Shown here one piece after another: positions 54,933-64,000 of a stretch of DNA of 64,000 nt. The notes below the pieces were generated by a model. The model was not told where the DNA came from. It saw only the letters and a program-made list of their open reading frames with translations, and searched no databases. Position 1 is the first letter of the stretch. The number at the start of each line of letters is the position of its first letter. Source of the stretch: Octopus sinensis (lineage: Eukaryota). Both the position numbers and the translations under genes were made by a program. The stretch spans positions 38,564,001 to 38,628,000 of the forward strand of contig NC_043013.1 in the NCBI RefSeq assembly GCF_006345805.1. Direction: 5' to 3'.

Positions 54933-55550
54933 AGAATGATTCTGAGTTGATCCATTTATCAAATGGACATAGATTCAAAATGCTATCCACACAGTTATCC
55001 CTACCTTCACATATAAATAAAGTGAATGGCGTTAATCTATATCACCTTTTTGTCAAATTTTTTTTGTGTTTTTTGTCTTTTTTCTTCAGTTGACTTTGAT
55101 GCGTGTTTTCGAATGCCTTGTTCCAAGCCTGCATGCGGTTCGTCGAAGAGGTAGAAATACATACCAATGCACCCTCTGAATCACCCCAAGCACCTTTATA
55201 AATTAAAGAACGCATTGGATGGTATTGTTTCGATACACTAAAAGACAGTATGGTGATGCAAACCAGTAATATTGATTCACGGGTTTGCAGGACAAGACCT
55301 TACATGTTGCTAACAAGACACTCCTCCCCTTCTTCCTCCTCAACGCCTCTTCCTCAACGCCTCCTCCTCAACTCCTCCTCGTCCTCATCCTCGTCGTCGA
55401 CGTCCTCCTCCTTCTCATCTGCATAAAAAAAAATGATAACTAGTCTGGTAGTTAGTCATCGTTTCGATAGTGTTAAGGGGAGAAGGAAGAGCAAGCTCAG
55501 TATGCTTTTCTAGTGTGAATAACTAATATTTCCCTTTGAGTGAAGATATA

Positions 55551-55773
55551 CGAGGTGTGTGCTGAAAAGTCCCTCGCTTTAAAGGTATCGCGAAAGGCCT
55601 GGCAGGAGACTCAACCTTCCGAGATCTTTCACACGAATTAGAAATACTGAAGGACCGCTGCAATTAGTTGGAAATGAAATCTGAGAAGATAAATATGTTG
55701 AATAAAATCATATTTAACTTATCCTCCTCAATTTTCTTTTACCCCAAGTCAGGATCGTTTCAGCACCCTGCTG
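55551..55773. mobile_element. Mariner-derived MITE
   Basis: TA|cgaggtgtgtgctgaaaagtccctcgcttt ... aagtcaggatcgtttcagcaccctgctg|TA. Degenerate mariner-type TIRs with TA flanks and no ORF. Confidence 0.7.
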
Positions 55774-56300
55774 TAGTAATTATCAGAAACTAAGCACTTC
55801 TGTTGTCAAATCAAACCTTTTACAGAGGGATATTTTACTAGGGATATTTTGATCAATACCAGGCGCGCACTATTTTTTTCTTAACTGATACAATACTATG
55901 ACAGTGATTCGCATTCTTTTTCGTGGGACGTTTTGCTATATATAAAATTTAACTATTTATTAGGAAACTCATGGAACATTAAATTAGCGTATTCTGCTCA
56001 ATATTCTAGAGAGGAGGGTCTCAGGAGACATAGCTCATGAACAAGTGGTCGGCGCTACTAACATTTTATGGTAATTTTTCGTTTGCAGACCATAGTTCAC
56101 CCATCATTGAGCTAAATTTTTTAAAGTACCATGCAACGTAAAAACTAGACGATCTGGCATTTGTGTTGCATAATACAACACGCCATATTATTTTTGCATA
56201 TTCCATCATATTTGTTGCTTAATTATGTTTTTCATTATAAATCGTATAAACAAAGGAAATGTATACACACACACACACGCACGCACCACACACACACACA

Positions 56301-56372
<72 letters not shown>

Positions 56373-56395
56373 CATACATACATACACATACATAC

Positions 56396-56466
<71 letters not shown>

Positions 56467-58053
56467 AATGAAAGTATTCTTTCAGTTTCCGTCTACTAAA
56501 TCTACTTTTAATGCTTTGGGAACACTAGCAGAAGACATCCACCCACGTTGCCACGCATTCGGTTTGAACCCAGAACAATGTAATTGAATAAGTATATAAT
56601 TGAAACAGAATATAATTACCTCGCAGCTTCACCTGCCCCTATTATACACGAGTTCTAGCAGTCATACACATTGCTAGCAGTCACACGTGTCAGTAGCGTA
56701 CACCAGAATTTCGAGGAAGCAGTTAAGTAATTAGTTGTAGAAAATTTTGATGTTGATGTATACAGAACGTAATTAGATAGATCCCGAAGAGAATAAATAC
56801 TAACCTTACTTCAGTCATGTTTTTATACCCTCTAGGTGCTACAATAACGCTGTGTAACACGATCTTTGTCCTTGGGTAGCAACTGTTATTCCCTATTTGC
56901 TAACCCCACAAAAGTTTGCAAAATGGCTAATATTGCCATGAAAATTTGCTTTTCCTATATTTATTCAAACACCAGAGAATCCCTCTCAATACATGGCTAT
57001 GATGCTCCCCAACTACTCATGATTAGAGATTCACATATTGTCATCCACTAAGGGACTCGCTCAAATGGTTAAGGTCATGCAAACGACATGTAAATCTGTG
57101 GTATTGAGCAAAATAGTTGCTATAACGATATTTCTGCTTCAGCAACTCAGTGCTGACTCTGTTTGCAATGCAATGGAAAATAGGTCAGTTTCAAAACATT
57201 GATGTCTAGACCACAAAATCGAGGTTGAAGGACACAGCAGTGATTTCCTTTGATTTCTAGATAGAAGCAAATAGGAAATAACACTTATTGACCAAAGACA
57301 AAAACAAAATTGTTGCAGAGTATAATCATTTTATGGTTCCATTCTATACCTGGAGATCAAATCAATTTATCGTCTTCTGCCGGGTATTTGGAAAGAGAAC
57401 AGCCATCGATACTTGATTCTGGGCATCAAAATAAGTTACTTTCGATCTCTGGTCAAATCCGTCTTCACCTACTTCACCTGAGAACTAAAATATTCACCCG
57501 GTGGGAAAGCCCAACGTTATTCTTATAAAAGAATCTTTCACTTTTCCCATCGTAAATGTTTGACCTTGAGCCAACAAGTAAAGTTTATAACAAGCACAAA
57601 AGAAGGAAAGTAACAAAAAAGCTAGGCTGAGGTAGAATATATACAAATTACAAAATGGCGAGAGAAAAGAAAAGGAGTGAAATAGAAAAAAATGCAGAAA
57701 GAAACACCACTACACTGCATCTGACTGCATGGCTGATATGACTAACTTGGCTTTGATGTCAATTTATTCTTCTTTTGCAGGTTGAGTGTGAATGTGCTTC
57801 ACCATGACATTTTCAAAGATTCTCGTCACAAAACCTAAAATATATTAATATCAATTATAGCTGCACTCCTGCCGCCATGAGAATTTGCTAAACCAATTTA
57901 AGACTTACCCATCGACCATATAAATACATACATACATACAAACAAACATACATACATACATATATATACATATATATATAAACACACATAGTTATATACA
58001 TACACACATACATACGTACCTATATATATATATATACAAACATGCATACATAC

Positions 58054-58093
<40 letters not shown>

Positions 58094-59040
58094 TATATAA
58101 ATATATATATACATGCATATACCTATGTTTGTGTATATATTACATATATACATATATAGGAATGTATATATATATATATATATACATACGCATGTTTGAA
58201 TATTGGTATATACTATGTATTGTGAGCCTCTTAGCGTAGGTGTGTGTGCGTGTGTCTGTGCGTGTGTGTGCATATATGAGTGTGTGTGTGAGCGTGTGTG
58301 TCTGTGTAAATCTGTATAATACGAATATGGAGATGTTTCGCTTCGTTTAGTTTTTTGTTCTTTACTGAAACGTTTTGTTAATTGTAAAAGTTCTTTCATA
58401 TTTCTTCTATTCTTCTTTCTTTGTACTTCTCACCATTTTTTTTTATCTCTTGCTTTGTATTTTCATATATACTGTTTTTATTTATTAGTTTTCTTCCATA
58501 TTTGTATTCGCTACTGTGCATATGTCTGTAATATATGTGTGTTTCTCTGTATGCATGTATGTATATATGCATGTATGTATATATGCATGTACGTATGTAT
58601 GTATATGTGTATATATATATATATAAGTATGTATGTACGTATGTATCTATGTATATATGTATGTATATATGTATGTATATATGTATGTATGTATATGTGT
58701 ATGTATGTACATGCGTTGTGTGTGTGTGGTGTTTTAACGCAAGTTTCATACGTAACAGACACAACCACTGCGACCACCATTGCCGCCCTAACTCCGACCC
58801 ATGTCAGGTTTCGGGAGTCTCGTCACGGAACACACTGGTATTTAAATATGTTACTGTTTTGGCATATTCATTTAATTTACGTAAACCCTCATACATACGC
58901 ACTCCTATACATGTACACATATATATAGGTAAACGAAAATATATATATATATATATATATAATACCTATAAATATATGCATATAAATATATGTATATGCA
59001 TCCACCGTACATAGATACACACACACACACATACACACAC

Positions 59041-59097
<57 letters not shown>

Positions 59098-59295
59098 AAC
59101 TGATAGATACATAATACTTACATACAAATAAAATACGACCGTATAAAACAAAAACATATATATACGCTCGTGCACACATATGTGTACGTATATATTTTCG
59201 TATATAAATGTATGTCCAACTTGTGATCATGATACTTCAGGGCCTATGGTTATACGTTTCAGTGTTCTTCATATGTTGTTTCATTAATAATAGTA

Positions 59296-59555
59296 ATAAT
59301 ATCCTCCCGAAGTACCTGAGAGACCTGCATGGGGTGGAAGTAGGTACCTTCAAAAGAAAGCTGGACCACTTCCTGTCAGTTGTCCCAGATGAACCAACTT
59401 CGCGGTAGGAGGTGCAGTTGATGGCAGCTACATCAAACTGTCTCATGCACTGAATATCAATTCCTAAAAAGCATTCGTGAAGTAAAATTATGTAGCAATA
59501 CCAAGTAGCATTGCCCCAGCATGGTCAGAGCTCGTAAGCTGAAACTAGATAAGAT
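59296..59555 (+). mobile_element. 3' end of a CR1/L2-clade LINE
   Basis: Translation NILPKYLRDLHGVEVGTFKRKLDHFLSVVPDEP...AATSN matches the CR1/L2 C-terminus pattern FNxLP..LR....FK..LD.FL..VPDEP. The 3' end is gccccagcatggtcagagctcgtaagctgaaac. Confidence 0.75.
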
Positions 59556-59749
59556 GTATATAGTCTACAGTTAGTGAGATGTAATCCAGGGACGACCAGT
59601 ATAGAAAACACATAGGAGTATTCAAATGATTTGAACTTATACTCCAAAGACATTATCGAAGAGTAAGTTCGTGGGGTAAAGAGTGTATATAAAAGGTACC
59701 CAGGTGAGTCCATACGGAGATAGTGATGCAAAATAAGTATGATTGGGCT

Positions 59750-59795
<46 letters not shown>

Positions 59796-60172
59796 CAACA
59801 AAATATTAAGGAATGACCCTGAGAAGGTCGTTCGACTCACTTGAAAAGAGCAGCTAAAACTCAAAACCGCAAAAACTAGTAGTAATTCTGAAACTAGAGG
59901 AAAATAAAGGAAAATAAAAAACATTTATCCCCTTCAAACTTTGTACCCTGCAAGGTTTCAACATCTTCACGCAATCAAATTTAATTAAATTAAATTAAAT
60001 CCGTTTACGCTTGGCTTGTCTCGTCAGCAAAATAACCAAAATAGGAGGCAGCTATATATACACGAGGCTATACCATCTAAGACTCGGGTCTATATATCGT
60101 AAATTTTCGAATTCACCGTAATCGCGCCATCTACTCCGCAGCAAATATATGAATTAATGAATTGATTAATAA

Positions 60173-60203
<31 letters not shown>

Positions 60204-60966
60204 ATATAATATGCATAGACGTGGCTGGGATGTATAATTGTGAACATTTGTCTATGCTCTCTGGATACGTTGTGTTAGTATGCTATGTATAAGTGTTTAT
60301 ATTTATATATTTTTGGTTATGTTTGCACTGACGAGTGGAGAGCCTGTTACAACGCAGACCATGAAATCGTGTCCGTATGCAACTGAACCGCTTTAAAAGA
60401 ATTTTTTTCTTTGTTCATTTCCTCGATTTCAGCGCGTGTGTATATATTTTGATAATGTCTAAGATATGCAACCGGTAGTGGATGCATAAAAACATTACCG
60501 TAAAACTTGGTCTCCAATATCAAGGAGGAAAAATCGTTACTCACTGATAAAAAGAATATGGTCTTCCGTCAGTTTGAAGGAGGAACATTTATTAGTTCGT
60601 TCGACTAAAATGTCTGCTAATTAAATTAAAAGTTTAAGGGAGTGAACTTACGGAAATCTCGACTGTGTACTTAAGAAGCACGCGCAAACAGGTAGTATCA
60701 GGTTTGGTTGCTGAGCTTAGAAACTCGGGTGTTTTCTACTACAGCAGTCTAGGACCAATCGATGCCATCTGTATGGATTTCGGCAGAATGGAAATTGCGA
60801 GGAATATGTATATATATATATATGTATAATATATATATATATATATATAAAGATGAATATGGTATTTAAGTTAAAGGCACCAGAATTTAGTATGGTATTA
60901 TCCATATCATTCAAAATGGGGTGATTATAATCAAAATAAGCAACAATATCATTGTAGCTTATTTTG

Positions 60967-61026
<60 letters not shown>

Positions 61027-63493
61027 GCGTGTGTGCGTGGATGTGCGTACATGTATACCTTAGTGCTTCTGCTTGGCACACCCATTTGTGCATCATTTCA
61101 CAATCGGTTTCTTCGTTTTATTAAGCAGTTATGACATGGTTCTGCAAAATAGAACAATAGAATATGCATCAGACTCAGAAAAGAAGAACTGGAGGTAACT
61201 TGTTCCATTAAATCCTACAAAGAGGTGCCCTCTCATGGCCGAGGTCCAATGATTGAAACAAGGAAAATATAAAACGGTACCCATAAAGCAATACTCGTAC
61301 ACATACACTGCAGCGAAATAACTGTGACTGAATTTGAAAAGGAGGGTATCTTTATATTACAGTCACAACGTATCCAGTAAGGCTTTACAGTTTTCGCCTA
61401 TCCAATATCACACAGAATGTTACGATGGACTGAGGCAATGATAAACTTGCCCAGGTTGCTACACAGTTGGAAACATCAAGAACCTCGTGATTTCGAAACG
61501 AACTTCAGTCGAGCCGCATCCCAGTACATTCATACATAGAACTGGAAAGATAAAGCAGCTGAGTTTTAAGTGTCTTTACACGACCTGGTATCTTTTAGAT
61601 TACACTCAGAAGAAATACATAAGTATTGACTAGGAATGCTGTTTATCCAGCCATGACTGGAGGTGATAATATCGTATATGGGTATTTAACCTCAGCGTTC
61701 TATAGGAAATTATAAGCCAACAAGGGAGATTCTTCACGAGCTTTCTCTGTGTTTGATTTCATCAAAACTCACTCTGCAGTCTTTCTTATCAAAAGAATGA
61801 AGTTTTAGAAAATGTAACCCTAATCTTCAAAATCTTTCTCGAATCTCTCGACTCACACAACGCACATTTATTTAATAAAGAAAGTATATTTAGATAATAT
61901 AGCTCTAGATACCTCGTTTTTATATGCTTTTTAAAAATGAAATAAAAAGTAGTTGGGATGGTCACAGTTGTAACGCTTTTATATATATAGCTTTACAAGA
62001 TTAGGTTTGACCTATAGCAAAACAGCAGCATTAACAATATAAAAAAAAAATGTATATACATATCTTTATATGATGATTGTTTAAGTACCCAGCCATGCGA
62101 AACTCAGCACAAAACACACAGGTGTGCAGGTCCAAGCAGATATCTTACACGAGGTTCACAAGAGGAAACATCAAATGTATCAGCCTTTTGATGACAAATA
62201 TTGAAAGAGAGAGTTTTCTCACTTTACTGATACAACAGAGGATACAATCTTACCCCTTATTCAATACATGCTTGTGTATGTGTACATACATACAAGCATA
62301 CATATATAAATATATATACACACGCACACTCATATATATATATATGCATGTATACGTCTATATGTATATAAACTCATATATACATGCATACATCCATCCA
62401 TTCATACATACATATATATATATACATACATACATATATATATATACATACATACATATATATATGCATACATATATATACATATGTCTATATGTATATA
62501 TACACATGCGTATATATCTCTCTACCCTCTCCCTCTTTCACCATTCTCTCTCTCTCTCTCTCTCTCTGCATATACATGCATATGTACATACATATATACA
62601 TACGAACGTACATACACACACAATATAAGTACACACACCACACACACACACATGCATACAGAAATGGTCAACTCTAAGGTGTTGATTTAATCTTCTTGAA
62701 AGTTACAGTTATAGAAATAATACATTCTCCGTATTCAAATATAAACGTTATTATATATCTCTACACATCATAACGCGAAAGCGTAACGCCACCATTGTCA
62801 TACATCTGCGATCCGAATCAGTCTCACATAGTTATTTAAACTTTTAGAACCATGAAAGTATTCATCTAGAAGTAAAAAGCATACCATAGTCTACGTAAGT
62901 GAGAATAAAGTTGCTATAACATTAGCTAATGTCATTTTTGTCTTCTTTGAATGACCCCGAAATAGGACCTACATTTGGTATAAAGCTTTGAACATTACAA
63001 GTTATTCATTTGCATGTAAATAATTGTTTTTGTTATTATATAACTGAAGATCACAGGAATCTGTATAGAAACGTAATATTATTTTCTACTCTTCTCTTCC
63101 TTTTCTCTGACCTGTTATTCATTGTTCGACCGATAAATTTAACCCTTCATGTAATGCGGATGATTTATTTGTGCGGTACTGTATAACTGTGGTGGGTTCT
63201 AATTCCGCCCAAAAAGAACGTTAGGAAAAAAAAGCACGCTATCACTGTAAGTGATAATATATTTTCCGTTTTTTATCATCGCATTTACATATGTATGTAT
63301 GTGTGTATGTATGCGTGTTTGTATGTATATATACATTTATGTATACCTGTATCTATACATGTTCGTATGTATATATATATCTATATGTATGTATATATAC
63401 ATGTATATGTGTGTGCATGTATATGTGTGCATATGTATGTATATATATATATGCAAGCTAATTTATGGATGTATAACTATAACTATTTTCTTT

Positions 63494-63567
<74 letters not shown>

Positions 63568-63722
63568 ATCTAACTCTCTATCTCTATCTATCTATCTGTG
63601 TATCCATCTATATATGTGTGTGTCTATGTGTGTGTGTGTGTGTATGTGTGCGTGTATACGCCTACGTGTAATCACATCCATGCTTTTAAAGGTACGTACA
63701 AGCATACACATACCTGTTCCAC

Positions 63723-63775
63723 TATTAGCACCAGCACCACCAACAACTCTACTACTACTACTACTGCTGCTGCTG

Positions 63776-63806
<31 letters not shown>

Positions 63807-63833
63807 CACTACTACTACCACTACTACTACTAG
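63723..63833. repeat. (CTA)n/(CTG)n/(CCA) compound microsatellite
   Basis: Directly visible. Confidence 0.9.
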
Positions 63834-64000
63834 TACCGTTTTAGAAATGGTTACTTTCCCAATAGCAATGTTAGGTGGAAATATATAACACACAACAAAC
63901 TTTGCAACACTAAATAACTTTATAACTTTATTAATATAGTTTAAAGATACATAACTTTAAACATGCAGTAAATCTCAAGTAATAATTTGTCATGAAATGT

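Noticed and set aside
60499-60543. Possible 45-nt phase-1 exon on the minus strand (ttttatcag|...TTACG|gtaatg; xSNDFSSLILETKFY)
   Set aside because: The peptide is unrecognised and has no partner exons. Such signals arise by chance in 64 kb of AT-rich DNA.

Overview
AT-rich eukaryotic window dominated by microsatellites and transposon debris. I recognise no host gene, RNA gene or CRISPR array. The SINE families look like those of Octopus genomes (recalled, not database-checked), so this is probably intronic or intergenic cephalopod DNA. Most ORFs in the supplied track are translations of (TA)n, (CA)n or trinucleotide repeats. The main content is as follows. (1) A young Penelope-like retroelement (PLE, RT + GIY-YIG) at 19406-24885, built as a ~5.5 kb head-to-head inverted structure with ~2 kb near-identical arms, inserted in (TA)n, with a variant hammerhead-ribozyme-like motif in each arm. 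(2) Three smaller PLE terminal remnants in (TA)n: two carry minimal hammerhead motifs and one repeats the inverted architecture in ~156 bp. (3) Four Dong/R4-type RLE non-LTR retrotransposon relics next to trinucleotide microsatellites, one with a twin-priming-like 5' inversion. (4) Four Tc1/mariner relics, two MITEs, RTE and CR1/L2 fragments, and more than 20 tRNA-derived SINE copies. (5) A nested block at 49.5-54 kb recording successive insertions, a locally templated insertion and a 1.2 kb tandem duplication. All assignments come from manual translation, motif recognition and reverse-complement comparison. Boundaries are approximate unless a TSD or TIR is quoted.
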